A stretch of 64,000 bases of DNA from a virus, in IMG/VR virus record IMGVR_UViG_3300026097_001200, positions 1 through 64,000 of that record; one strand, given 5' to 3'. Below the pieces are notes generated by a model that saw nothing but the letters and a program-made list of their open reading frames with translations, made no database searches and had not been told where the DNA came from. The position numbers and the translations under genes were made by a program. This document shows, one piece after another, positions 8,114 through 18,319 of the stretch; position 1 is the first letter of the stretch, and each line of letters begins with the position of its first letter.

Positions 8114-10768
8114 ATGAGCTACGTAGACGCACTATTTGATCGCAATCAAGATCGCATACACATTGTGGAAAGACTCAACGGCGAGCGGGTTTATCAAGAA
8201 TATCCTGCTAACTATGTGTTTTACTATGATGATCCAAAAGGCAAGTTTCGAAGCATATACGGAACACCTGTCAGCAGATTTGCTACAAAAAACAGCAAAG
8301 AGTTTCACAAAGAAGTCAAAATCAACAGTGGAAAAAACATCTACGAAAGCGATATTAATCCTGTCTTTCGCTGTTTAGCAGACAACTATCAAGGAGTAGA
8401 CGCTCCGCGACTGCACACAGCATTTTTTGATATTGAGGTAGACTTTGACAAAGAACGTGGGTACAGCTCGCCTGATGATCCATTTAATCCTATTACATCA
8501 ATAACAGTTTACCTCGATTGGTTGGATCAGCTGATAACACTGGCAGTTCCCCCTAAGCACATGAGCAAAGAAACTGCGCAGGAACAGGTAGAAGAGTTTG
8601 ACAACACCTTCCTATTCTGGGACGAAGGCGAAATGATCAGCACATTCCTGGACATCATCGAAGACGCTGACGTGCTCACAGGATGGAACAGTGAAGGCTA
8701 TGATATTCCATACACTGTGCAACGCTGTACCCGAGTGCTCAGCAAGGATGACACAAGACGTTTTTGTTTATGGGGTCAACTGCCCAAACAGAGAACCTTT
8801 GAACGCTATGGTGCGGAGAATTTAACATTTGATTTGATCGGTCGGGTGCACATGGATTATATGCAACTGTATCGCAAGTACACCTATGAAGAGCGACACA
8901 GCTATAGTTTGGATGCTATCGGCGATTATGAAAACCTTGGCAGTAAAACAGTGTACGAAGGCACACTGGATCAACTGTACAATCAAGACTTTAAAACTTT
9001 TATTGAATATAATCGGCAAGATGTTGTGCTACTGGCTAACATTGACAAGAAGTTGAGATTCCTGGACCTTGCAAATACACTGGCACATGAGAACACTGTG
9101 CTATTACCTACAACAATGGGTGCAGTAGCTGTCACCGAGCAGGCTATTATCAACGAAGCTCACGCTCGTGACATGGTTGTGCCGAATCGCAAGCAAAGAC
9201 TTACCGATGAAGACACACAGGCCGCAGGTGCGTATGTTGCATTTCCTAAGAAAGGCGTGCATGAATGGGTAGGCTCAATTGATATTAACAGTCTGTATCC
9301 AAGTACAATTCGAGCATTAAACATGGGCCCAGAGACCATTGTTGGGCAACTGGTGCCTTACATGACTGACAATCATATTTCTGAACGCATGCGCAACGGA
9401 GCCAGCTTTGCTGGTGCATGGGAGGGCTTGTTTGCCAGTTTGGAATACACTGCTGTAATGGAACAACAGCGTGGCACAGAAATTACCATTCGCTGGGTCA
9501 ACGGCGAAGAAAGCATACACAGTGCCGCTGAAATATGGAAAATGATCTTTGATAGTCACAGCAACTGGATGCTCAGTGCCAACGGAACTATTTTCACTGG
9601 CGAAGTCGAAGCAGTAATTCCTGGCTTGCTAGAACGCTGGTATGCAGAACGTAAAGAAATGCAAGCCAAGCTTAAACAAACCACAACAAAAGCAGAAGAA
9701 GAATACTGGGACAAGCGACAGTTGGTCAAGAAGATTAACTTGAACAGTTTGTATGGTGCTATTCTCAATCCGGGTTGTAGATTTTTCGATAAACGCATTG
9801 GACAGTCAACTACGCTTACAGGTAGAAGCATTGCCAAACACATGGATGCGCACGTGAATCAGTGTATCACCGGCGAATATGACCACACAGGCAAGGCCAT
9901 TATATATGGCGACACTGACTCCTGTTACTTTAGTGCATGGCCCGAAATCAAGGATCAAGACATTGAATGGAACAAAGAAATTGCCGTACAACTGTATGAA
10001 AGTATTTCAGACGAAGTAAACGACAGCTTTCCTGGATTCATGGAACGAGCATTTCATTGTCCACGAAAACGCGGCAGTGTAATACGAGGTGGCAGAGAAA
10101 TCACAGGCACCAAAGGCTTGTTTATCACTAAAAAAAGATATGCTGTAATGGTGTATGATCAAGAGGGCAAGCGACTGGATGTAGAAGGCAAACCTGGTAA
10201 AGTCAAAGCAATGGGCTTGGATCTCAAACGCAGTGATACGCCAGTGGTTATCCAGGACTTTCTCAAAGAAATTTTGGATATGGTTCTGCAAGGCTTCAGC
10301 AGAGACAGTGTGATTGAACGTATTAGAGAATTCAAATATGAGTTTGCTGAAAGACCAGGCTGGGAAAAAGGCTCGCCCAAGCGTGTTAACAACTTGACCA
10401 AGTATGTAAAAAAAGAAAAACGCGAAGGCAAAACCAACATGCCCGGGCATGTACGAGCAGGCATGAACTGGAATACACTCAAAGAAATGAACAACGATAA
10501 CTACAGCATGACAGTTATTGATGGCATGAAAGTGATTGTATGCAAGCTTAAAAAGAATCCACTAGGATGGACCAGTATTGCATACCCTACAGACGAAATG
10601 CATATACCACAGTGGTTTAGAGATATGCCGTTCGACGACGGCGAAATGGAAACTGTGCTTATTGACGGTAAAATTGACAACCTCCTGGGTGTACTGGATT
10701 GGGACTTGTCAAGTGCAACAAACACCCAGAATACATTCGAGGACTTGTTCGATTTCGGCGATGCTTAG
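8114..10768 (+). CDS. 43: Family B DNA polymerase (T4 gp43-like)
   Basis: Exo motifs FDIEV, GWNSEGYD, YNRQD; Pol motifs DINSLYPS, KINLNSLYG, YGDTDS, KKRYA; AGGAG SD. No intein or intron visible. Confidence 0.97.
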   Translation: MSYVDALFDRNQDRIHIVERLNGERVYQEYPANYVFYYDDPKGKFRSIYGTPVSRFATKNSKEFHKEVKINSGKNIYESDINPVFRCLADNYQGVDAPRLHTAFFDIEVDFDKERGYSSPDDPFNPITSITVYLDWLDQLITLAVPPKHMSKETAQEQVEEFDNTFLFWDEGEMISTFLDIIEDADVLTGWNSEGYDIPYTVQRCTRVLSKDDTRRFCLWGQLPKQRTFERYGAENLTFDLIGRVHMDYMQLYRKYTYEERHSYSLDAIGDYENLGSKTVYEGTLDQLYNQDFKTFIEYNRQDVVLLANIDKKLRFLDLANTLAHENTVLLPTTMGAVAVTEQAIINEAHARDMVVPNRKQRLTDEDTQAAGAYVAFPKKGVHEWVGSIDINSLYPSTIRALNMGPETIVGQLVPYMTDNHISERMRNGASFAGAWEGLFASLEYTAVMEQQRGTEITIRWVNGEESIHSAAEIWKMIFDSHSNWMLSANGTIFTGEVEAVIPGLLERWYAERKEMQAKLKQTTTKAEEEYWDKRQLVKKINLNSLYGAILNPGCRFFDKRIGQSTTLTGRSIAKHMDAHVNQCITGEYDHTGKAIIYGDTDSCYFSAWPEIKDQDIEWNKEIAVQLYESISDEVNDSFPGFMERAFHCPRKRGSVIRGGREITGTKGLFITKKRYAVMVYDQEGKRLDVEGKPGKVKAMGLDLKRSDTPVVIQDFLKEILDMVLQGFSRDSVIERIREFKYEFAERPGWEKGSPKRVNNLTKYVKKEKREGKTNMPGHVRAGMNWNTLKEMNNDNYSMTVIDGMKVIVCKLKKNPLGWTSIAYPTDEMHIPQWFRDMPFDDGEMETVLIDGKIDNLLGVLDWDLSSATNTQNTFEDLFDFGDA

Positions 10769-11708
10769 TGACAGAATACGTGCCAGACAGAGTTTAAGTA
10801 AACTTGTTGCCTATCTAAATCTCATAGACAGCATTGAGTCTGATGACCGTGTTCGAGAAATTGTATACCTCATTGAGAGTGTTGCCGAAGAACACAAGAT
10901 GGACGACATTGAATGGGAGAATTATCAACCAATAGACCAGGATTACACCACTGCTATTAAACACGCAAAACGCTTACCGTTGCATTTTAGAGCACTGCGC
11001 GAAGAAGTGTTTAAGGAAGTTTTAGAGCACGAACACAGTTACTATTCAGCAAGTACAAACTTTTACCAATACAACAAAGACAGCGTGGAAGGCCTAGACA
11101 GTTTAGACACAGATCCTGAGTTTGCTGAACTTGTACGTAATCGTATCAACATTATCACAGACTGGCAGTTTCCGGGTGTGGTGTTCCGTCCACAAGCCTG
11201 TGATTTCATGCGAGAAATGGTAGCTTGTGATCCCCTTTATTTAGTGGACACCGACCATGACAGCATGTTGCCCGGCATAGAACAATTTGGCAAACGATAT
11301 CAACGTAGATTGTGTTTTTCAGAAACCATTGAGTACATTGACTCAATGATGGAAGACCTTCCTGCAAAACAGATTGGTTTGATATTTGTCACAAACTTTT
11401 TTGAACTACGTCCGATAGAACTACTGGAAAAATACTTTAGAGAATTTCTTACACTGTTGCGAAGTGGCGGCAAACTTGCTTTTACATTCAACGATTGCGA
11501 TGACAGTACTGCGGTAAAATTTGTAGAAGCACGACAACGCTGTTACACACCAGGTAGAGAAGTAACACGAGTTCTCGAAGAGCTAGGATATACTGTAGTA
11601 TATAAAACTGTACACAACAGCGGACTTGGATACATCGAATGCACTGCGCCCGGAGAACTAACCACGCTTCGCGGAGGGCAAACTCTTGCTAAACCAGTCC
11701 CTTTATAA
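10761..11708 (+). CDS. Coiled-coil plus class I SAM-methyltransferase-like domain
   Basis: LYLVD, LPAKQIGLIF..NFFE, LLRSGGKLAFTF; glycine-rich motif I degenerate. Confidence 0.55.
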   Translation: MLSDRIRARQSLSKLVAYLNLIDSIESDDRVREIVYLIESVAEEHKMDDIEWENYQPIDQDYTTAIKHAKRLPLHFRALREEVFKEVLEHEHSYYSASTNFYQYNKDSVEGLDSLDTDPEFAELVRNRINIITDWQFPGVVFRPQACDFMREMVACDPLYLVDTDHDSMLPGIEQFGKRYQRRLCFSETIEYIDSMMEDLPAKQIGLIFVTNFFELRPIELLEKYFREFLTLLRSGGKLAFTFNDCDDSTAVKFVEARQRCYTPGREVTRVLEELGYTVVYKTVHNSGLGYIECTAPGELTTLRGGQTLAKPVPL

Positions 11709-12381
11709 CAGTGTAGCTTGTGACCGAGACATTGCATTTATGACTGTGGGTAGCTATGCTATGGATACTGTAGTTGCCCGTCCTGATTATGACATTTTAA
11801 TTATAACAAAAGACAAAAAAACAAGGTTTAAGAAAGAAAAAAAATGGACAGAACTTAACAAAAATAGCGCATACTTGGTAGATTTTTTTTATATAGATTC
11901 AAATCTAATCACTAAAGTTTTATCCAGATCATCAGATTCTCTCTTTTTAGATAAATTATGGCTTGGTCCTTTTGAGATGCTAATGCAGTTTGTTTTATAT
12001 TATAACAGTATCAATTGGAAAACCCCCAATTACAAAAATGTTATAGAGCAAGCAGTCGAAGGAAAAAAAAGTTTTTTCTGGAAAAACTATGTGTACCAAC
12101 TATGCGGTCCGCCGATGCAACAAAATATCAAAAACGACCAAAAAGTTTATACAAAAGTTTTGTTACAGTCGGCACCGTTAATTATAAACTACTTTCAACA
12201 TGGAATAGCATTCCACACGGTGGAACAACGTAATATTATTAAAATGTATAAAACACTGTATTATCAGCATCGAAACGGCAATAATAAAGACCTTAGCATC
12301 AACTGTTATACAGAAATTGCATTAAAATACGCAGATACTTTACAAGCTATTCAGGCGCCAGATTATATTCAATTGTCTTGA
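11686..12381 (+). CDS. Putative Pol-beta superfamily nucleotidyltransferase
   Basis: VGSYAMDTVVARPDYDILI fits hGS-x10-DhD; later VDFF third acid; AT-rich. Confidence 0.5.
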   Translation: MLNQSLYNSVACDRDIAFMTVGSYAMDTVVARPDYDILIITKDKKTRFKKEKKWTELNKNSAYLVDFFYIDSNLITKVLSRSSDSLFLDKLWLGPFEMLMQFVLYYNSINWKTPNYKNVIEQAVEGKKSFFWKNYVYQLCGPPMQQNIKNDQKVYTKVLLQSAPLIINYFQHGIAFHTVEQRNIIKMYKTLYYQHRNGNNKDLSINCYTEIALKYADTLQAIQAPDYIQLS

Positions 12382-12406
12382 CTTTTTTCTAAATACCCCA
12401 TATACT
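12378..12406 (+). promoter_or_regulatory. sigma70 promoter with nested late motif
   Basis: TTGACT-N17-TATACT; CTAAATA at 12389-12395. Confidence 0.75.
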
Positions 12407-12431
12407 AATCTACATACACAAGGAGAATACT

Positions 12432-13163
12432 GTGAGAGACTACTTACTAGATCTAGTTGAACATACCTTTGATCTTGGCTGTATCGAGCTGTTAAAGATC
12501 ACTGGCGACGATAAAGAAACTGCAATTGTTGGCATGGCTGATGATCGCAGTGTGGTTGTACAGGGCCGTTATCTTACGCCTGTTGCCGAATTTATTGGTA
12601 CATTCGGGTTGCCTAATCTCAGCAAGCTCAAGGTACTGTTGAATCTAGGCGAATACCGGGAAAATGCAGAAATCACTGTAAACAAGCAGGATCGCAATGG
12701 TGAAACCATGCCGGTGGGCTTGCATTTTGAAAATGCCACAGGTGACTTTAAAAATGATTATCGTTTTATGAGCAGTGAAATTGTTACGCAAAAGCTCAAG
12801 GACTTCAAGTTTAAAGGTGCTAACTGGCATGTGGAATTTGAACCCACTGTGGCAGGTATTCAGCGTCTTAAAATGCAGATATCAGCAAACTCAGAAGAGC
12901 CTAACTTTGTAGCAAAAACTGAAGATGGCGATCTTAAGTTTTACTTTGGAGATCACAGCACACACGCTGGAGATTTTGTATTCCAGCCAGCAGTCAGCGG
13001 TGCACTCACAAGAGGCTGGGCATGGCCTGTCAAACACTTTGCTGGAATCATGGATCTCACTGGAGACAAAACAGTGCGTATTTCAGACGATGGCGCGGCA
13101 CAGATCACTGTTAACAGTGGTATTGCCGAATACAACTATATCCTTCCAGCTCAGAGCAAATAA
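12432..13163 (+). CDS. DNA polymerase sliding clamp (gp45/PCNA-like)
   Basis: 243 aa, beta-rich two-domain pattern ending ISDDGAAQITV...YNYILPA; near polB; AGGAG SD with GTG start. Confidence 0.7.
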   Translation: MRDYLLDLVEHTFDLGCIELLKITGDDKETAIVGMADDRSVVVQGRYLTPVAEFIGTFGLPNLSKLKVLLNLGEYRENAEITVNKQDRNGETMPVGLHFENATGDFKNDYRFMSSEIVTQKLKDFKFKGANWHVEFEPTVAGIQRLKMQISANSEEPNFVAKTEDGDLKFYFGDHSTHAGDFVFQPAVSGALTRGWAWPVKHFAGIMDLTGDKTVRISDDGAAQITVNSGIAEYNYILPAQSK

Positions 13164-13166
13164 TAG

Positions 13167-13787
13167 ATGTTAACAGACTGTTACAGAGATACCAAGCCCA
13201 ACATCCGCGGAGTTATCTTCATTGATGTTTGGGATGAGCCCTATCTAGATCGCTGGGTAGACAAGATGATGCACAATCTAGAAAAGTACTATCTAGACAG
13301 TGTGATTTCTGCAAACTACGAGGTGGCACTGGATGTACGATATGATACCAGTTTGCTAAACACCATCAGTGAATACAGTCTAAACAACTTCTCACCTGAG
13401 TTCATCCTGCCGTTAATGCAGTATACCGGTACCAGAGAAGCACATCGAGACCTGCAGGACATTGTGTATAACAAACACAGCTTTGCACTGCTAACACCAG
13501 ATGCAATAGAATACCATATGCAAAACATGGTTCCGCATGTAAAGGATTGGTTGGTTGTAGGAGGTGCTTGGGGAGCTTGTACTCATTGTAGGCCTTTTAA
13601 TCTTTATCATATGAGCAACATGGATCAGCGATTCTTTGTAGCAGACTGGAGCATGTACACCGAAAATGGTACTACATTTACTCCTGAATTGCTTGAACAG
13701 GATCAGTTAGCCTGGAGTGCCACCGATAGCGAACTTTACCAACTTGTACCAAAAGATGTTGCCAGTACCCTCGTATCATCAACATAA
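13167..13787 (+). CDS. Hypothetical protein, possibly isochorismatase/cysteine hydrolase fold
   Basis: VIFIDVW and LVVGGAWGAC motifs. Confidence 0.4.
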   Translation: MLTDCYRDTKPNIRGVIFIDVWDEPYLDRWVDKMMHNLEKYYLDSVISANYEVALDVRYDTSLLNTISEYSLNNFSPEFILPLMQYTGTREAHRDLQDIVYNKHSFALLTPDAIEYHMQNMVPHVKDWLVVGGAWGACTHCRPFNLYHMSNMDQRFFVADWSMYTENGTTFTPELLEQDQLAWSATDSELYQLVPKDVASTLVSST

Positions 13788-14772
13788 TTACGACAGTATA
13801 CCTCGTAATAAACAGCTAGGATATTCTACAGCCAACAGATGTAATAGCCCTAGTCGAGACCTTGTGGTAGATTGGCAGGGCAACTGTTTTGTGTGTCCAT
13901 GTGAAGCATGGCTGCCAGTCAGTGTTGGGCATATTACAGAGTTTGATCAATTGCAAGACGTCTGGCGTAGCACTACTGCACAAGAGTTGCAGGAAGATAT
14001 AAACAGTGGAAATTTTTCTCATTGTGCAGTTGACAGATGCGGTGTGCTACATCATAGTTTGATAAAAAACAATCACATTGTGAGCATCAACGTAGACGAA
14101 AGTTGTAATCTAGCATGCCCTAGTTGCAGGCCAGAAGCTAGAATGATTCAACCCAAAGACGCTGAGTTTGACGAGAAAATTCAGCAGGTGCGACATTTAA
14201 TTGGATTGTTAGAAACATTCGACGAACCGTGTCACATTGTGATGAGTGGTAATGGCGATCCGCTGGCAAGTCATGTGATGCGGCCGTTGATTCGTGAATT
14301 TGTGCCGCGAGAAAATCAAACAATTAGGTTGTTTACCAACGGATTGTTAATGAAAAAACTGTTGCCTAATACAGCCGTTCTAAATAGTATTACACAGTAT
14401 TTTATCAGCATCGATGCAGGCAGTGCAGCAGTATACGAACAGGTAAGACAGCCAGGTCGCTGGGAGAATCTCACTGAAAATTTAAAGTGGTTACAGGGCA
14501 CAGATGCAGAAGTGCTGTTAAAATTTGTATTACAAGCAGACAACTGGCACGATATAGATAATTTTGTTGACCTGTGCGAGCACTACAACTTTCGAGGTGT
14601 GGTACATAGACTGGAAGACTGGGGCACTTGGAGAGACTTTGCCAGCCAAGATGTTGTAGGTAATCTAGCTCACCCCGACCATGAAACTGCACTTGATGCT
14701 TTATCATCTGCTGTAAACAGACATAGCCCATTGGTAGACTTTGGCGCAAGTTTAAGAGACATTGTACAATAA
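13756..14772 (+). CDS. Radical SAM protein with N-terminal twitch/SPASM-like domain
   Basis: CNLACPSC, GNGDPL, TNG, ISIDA; N-terminal C...CFVCPC...C..C. Confidence 0.85.
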   Translation: MLPVPSYHQHNYDSIPRNKQLGYSTANRCNSPSRDLVVDWQGNCFVCPCEAWLPVSVGHITEFDQLQDVWRSTTAQELQEDINSGNFSHCAVDRCGVLHHSLIKNNHIVSINVDESCNLACPSCRPEARMIQPKDAEFDEKIQQVRHLIGLLETFDEPCHIVMSGNGDPLASHVMRPLIREFVPRENQTIRLFTNGLLMKKLLPNTAVLNSITQYFISIDAGSAAVYEQVRQPGRWENLTENLKWLQGTDAEVLLKFVLQADNWHDIDNFVDLCEHYNFRGVVHRLEDWGTWRDFASQDVVGNLAHPDHETALDALSSAVNRHSPLVDFGASLRDIVQ

Positions 14773-16229
14773 TGGAATACACTCAAGATAATTTAACAGA
14801 AAAGCAAAAAGACTATGCTGTGTTTTTGCCTGCAATCAGCAGTTTCTATGCAAACTACATTGGAAAACAACAGTACAGTGAATATGTAGAGCAGAGCCGT
14901 ATGCCGCAGGGCATACAAGACATGGAAATGATGAACTTTTTTAATGATCAAAAAGGTTTGTTCGCATATCGCTATGGGTTATACAGTGCTGGACACGCTA
15001 ACTTGGATTTAAATAAACATGATCCAAAAGAAGCAATGATCCGTGAACGCGGTAATCACACCACACTGTTAGCAGATTCTGGAGGCTTCCAGATAGCAAA
15101 AGGTGTATGGGAAGGAGAATGGGCTAACCCTAATTGCAAACGAGCAGAAAAGTATCGTTCAACAGTGCTGAAATGGTTAGACAATGTAGCAGACTACTCC
15201 ATGACATTGGATATTCCAACCTGGACCTACACTGTGCCAGAGTGTGCAGAAAAGTCAGGAATTCACAGTTATCAAGATGCTGTTAACGCTACCAAGTACA
15301 ACCACGAATACTTTATGAAACATTCGTCAGGCAAAGCCAAGTTTTTGAATGTACTTCAAGGCGGTAACCATCAAGAAGCTGATGACTGGTATGATCTCAT
15401 GAAGCACTACAGTGATCCAAATCGCCACGAAAAATTCTTCCGCGGCTGGAGTATGGGCGGTGCCAACATGGCTGATCCGCATCTTGCACTGAGACGTGTT
15501 GTAACACTTATACATGATGGATTGCTAGAGCAAGGGCAACATGATTGGATGCACTTTCTTGGTACCAGTAAGCTGGAGTGGGCAGTGCTGTTAACTGACA
15601 TACAGCGAGCAGTTCGTCGACATCATAATCCAAACTTTACTATCTCATTTGATTGTGCATCGCCGTTTCTTGCCACAGCAAATGGACAGATTTATACCAA
15701 TACTGTAACTGAACATCATAAAAAGTGGAGTTACAAAATGGAAGCTACTGTGGACAATAAAGCTCTAGCCAGTGACACAAGAAGCTTTAGAGATGCTGTA
15801 ATAGCAGAAGGTGTTCACAGTGTGTTTGACGACAGTCCTGTTAGTGCAAATCTCATGGTAAAAGATGTTTGCAAGTATGCACCAGGAGACGTTAATAAAA
15901 TTGGCAAAGAAGGAAAAACATCTTGGGACAGCTTCAGCTATGCATTAATGATGGGGCATAATGTATGGCATCACATCAACGCTGTACAAGAAGCAAACAG
16001 AAAGTTTGATGCAGGTGTGCATCCTAGCATGCTGGTAGACAATCTCACCGGAACCACATCCAGAGACATTATCGATCAAGTGTTTGCCACGCCCGATTAT
16101 CAAGAACGCTTGGATATTCTAGATCACTACAGCAAGTTCTGGATGGGCATATCAGGAGCAAGGGGAATGGGCGGAAAGAAAGCAGTAAATGCTCAGCGTC
16201 AGTTCAATAATTTATTTGATTTTGAATAA
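14772..16229 (+). CDS. dpdA: DpdA/TGT-like 7-deazaguanine DNA transglycosylase
   Basis: ADSGGFQ, MTLDIP, NVLQG, HFLG, SFDCAS, HN motifs of the TGT fold, in a folE/queD/queE neighbourhood. Confidence 0.8.
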   Translation: MEYTQDNLTEKQKDYAVFLPAISSFYANYIGKQQYSEYVEQSRMPQGIQDMEMMNFFNDQKGLFAYRYGLYSAGHANLDLNKHDPKEAMIRERGNHTTLLADSGGFQIAKGVWEGEWANPNCKRAEKYRSTVLKWLDNVADYSMTLDIPTWTYTVPECAEKSGIHSYQDAVNATKYNHEYFMKHSSGKAKFLNVLQGGNHQEADDWYDLMKHYSDPNRHEKFFRGWSMGGANMADPHLALRRVVTLIHDGLLEQGQHDWMHFLGTSKLEWAVLLTDIQRAVRRHHNPNFTISFDCASPFLATANGQIYTNTVTEHHKKWSYKMEATVDNKALASDTRSFRDAVIAEGVHSVFDDSPVSANLMVKDVCKYAPGDVNKIGKEGKTSWDSFSYALMMGHNVWHHINAVQEANRKFDAGVHPSMLVDNLTGTTSRDIIDQVFATPDYQERLDILDHYSKFWMGISGARGMGGKKAVNAQRQFNNLFDFE

Positions 16230-16259
16230 TAAATTTGTTATACTAGTGGAGAACTAACA

Positions 16260-16466
16260 ATGTATCATAGTCGAATTGAACAACTGGAAAAATTACATCA
16301 GCAGCTGGATAAAAAGATCCGCGGCAAAGAAAGCACAGGTGTATATGATGATTACGAACTGCATCAGCTTAAAAAAGAAAAACTTCAACTGCGGGACGAA
16401 ATTGAAATGTGGAAGCGTAAACAATTTGAACACGATCACGAAATGGTGGATTTAGATGACTACTAA
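16260..16466 (+). CDS. DUF465/YdcH-like coiled-coil protein
   Basis: HQQLDKKI...LKKEKLQLRDEI. Confidence 0.7.
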   Translation: MYHSRIEQLEKLHQQLDKKIRGKESTGVYDDYELHQLKKEKLQLRDEIEMWKRKQFEHDHEMVDLDDY

Positions 16467-16968
16467 CAACCGAGAAACACATTATCAGGTTAACTACTTT
16501 ACAGGCAAGGAAGTAGAACATACTCCTGTGTATGGCAAGAATACACTGTTTGTGGTTGGATGCAGACCATTTGGCGAAGTACTAGATCAAATTGAGTTTC
16601 ATCATGTTCGTCATGTTTATCTCGGTGCCAATGGCAGTTTCACTCCTGACGAAAAATGGTATGCTTTGGTAGACAATCTATTGGGTCTTGGACTATGGGT
16701 CACGTTGGACTTTGATATTTCTCACGTTGAATGGATACTGGATGCAGGATTCACAGAACAACATAAATTTATACCAATGATTTCTGCAAAGCTTCCTTAT
16801 ATCAATCAGCTGGGCTATAATGCTTGTCTGAAACTGGACGATAAAGAATTCGAAGGATCAAATCCAGGCGTGTGGGTACACAGTGTACACAAGTTAATGG
16901 ATCGAAGTGTGTTCACAGATTGGGAACAATACAACAACGACACTGTGGTAGTAAATGAAGGATCATGA
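16456..16968 (+). CDS. Conserved hypothetical protein in the dpdA locus
   Basis: HVYLGANGSF, LKLDD, NPGVWVH, FTDWEQY motifs. Confidence 0.7.
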   Translation: MTTNNRETHYQVNYFTGKEVEHTPVYGKNTLFVVGCRPFGEVLDQIEFHHVRHVYLGANGSFTPDEKWYALVDNLLGLGLWVTLDFDISHVEWILDAGFTEQHKFIPMISAKLPYINQLGYNACLKLDDKEFEGSNPGVWVHSVHKLMDRSVFTDWEQYNNDTVVVNEGS

Positions 16969-18319
16969 ATACTGGCACAACCAAGGATTTTGCCCAGCTC
17001 CATGGGTAAGTCTGTATGTTGATCCATCTGGCCGAATTGATCATTGCTGTATTAGCCATACCAATCTTGGGTATACTCCACAAGAGAATATTCAAAATAT
17101 TCTTGCCAGTGACCGCAATAGAGAAATCAAACATGACATGCGCTACAACAACAAGCTAGCATTTGGTTGTAGTAACTGCGCTGTAACAGAGGACGTTACT
17201 ACATTGCGAAAGATGATGCTGGATTGGTTCAAAGACACTGATAAAGAATTATACGACAATCCAGATAATTTTCAGCTAAAATATTTAGATTTACGATGGA
17301 GAAATACCTGTAATCTTGCATGTGTTTACTGCGGCCCTGAATGTAGCAGTACCTGGGCACAGGAACTAGATCAGCAAAATCGCATAGACACAGTTCAACT
17401 AGACACTCTAAAAAGCTATATCAATGATCAAATTGAAAATCTTGAACGAGTATACCTGGCAGGCGGTGAGCCATTGATGGTCAAAGACAACGAATGGTTA
17501 TTGCAACAGCTGCTTGAACGAAATAGCAATGTTGAAGTTTGGGTGAATACCAACTTAACTAATATTGACAATAAAATATTTCGCTTGCTTATGAAGCTGG
17601 ATCGTGTTAAATTTATTATTAGTGCAGAAGCTGTTGGAGAACAATTTGATTATATTCGCTATCACGGCAACTGGACCGAGTTTGAAGAAAACTTTAATTG
17701 GTTGCAACAAAATCGGCCACTCAGTATTAACAACTTTCAATGTGTATACAACACACTTACGATGTTTAACTTAGACAAATTTCTGGAGTGGGCTGAAAGT
17801 AAGTTAAATTTACACACTCGTCCTCATCTTGCTGGCATGATTAATATTGTTTATGTTAACAGTGGCACAGGTAGTTGGCTTGATCCTAGACAGTTGACAC
17901 CTGAATTGCTTGAAAAAGCCAAAGAAAAAATCACCTGGTGGAAAAATAGATTTAAATATGATGGTATTATTAAGAAACTTGAAGAAGTTGAATCTATATT
18001 GAATATTCCATACCCAGTGAACAATCTCTATCTTGGGTTTTACTCGCAAATTACTGAACTAGACAACCGCCGCGGTACAAACGCCGCACGAGTTTTTCCT
18101 GAATTATTTCAAAACAGTTGGGAAGAAAATACAAGTGCATTTATACAAAAAACTGAACTTGACAAAATAATAAAATCCCTAGAAACTTGTAATAGTGTAA
18201 AAGATGTGTACAATGTTTATAGACCAGACGAAATTGGCAGTATTATAGAAAAATATCATACTCATCCAACTTTTATACAATTTTTAAAACAAAAGGGATT
18301 TCCTGTAAATGACAGATAA
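16955..18319 (+). CDS. Twitch-domain radical SAM protein
   Basis: CPAPW...CC...CSNC, then CNLACVYC, AGGEP, NTN, YIRY. Confidence 0.85.
   Translation: MKDHEYWHNQGFCPAPWVSLYVDPSGRIDHCCISHTNLGYTPQENIQNILASDRNREIKHDMRYNNKLAFGCSNCAVTEDVTTLRKMMLDWFKDTDKELYDNPDNFQLKYLDLRWRNTCNLACVYCGPECSSTWAQELDQQNRIDTVQLDTLKSYINDQIENLERVYLAGGEPLMVKDNEWLLQQLLERNSNVEVWVNTNLTNIDNKIFRLLMKLDRVKFIISAEAVGEQFDYIRYHGNWTEFEENFNWLQQNRPLSINNFQCVYNTLTMFNLDKFLEWAESKLNLHTRPHLAGMINIVYVNSGTGSWLDPRQLTPELLEKAKEKITWWKNRFKYDGIIKKLEEVESILNIPYPVNNLYLGFYSQITELDNRRGTNAARVFPELFQNSWEENTSAFIQKTELDKIIKSLETCNSVKDVYNVYRPDEIGSIIEKYHTHPTFIQFLKQKGFPVNDR

Noticed and set aside
8114-10768. Intein or intron in the DNA polymerase
   Set aside because: Continuous ORF of normal size; the insert after motif A has no C...HN splice or LAGLIDADG motifs.
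14772-16229. Canonical tRNA-guanine transglycosylase for queuosine
   Set aside because: Lacks the CxCxxC zinc site of bacterial Tgt, is longer, and no queC/queF/queA is present; a DNA-acting DpdA fits better, though this is untested.
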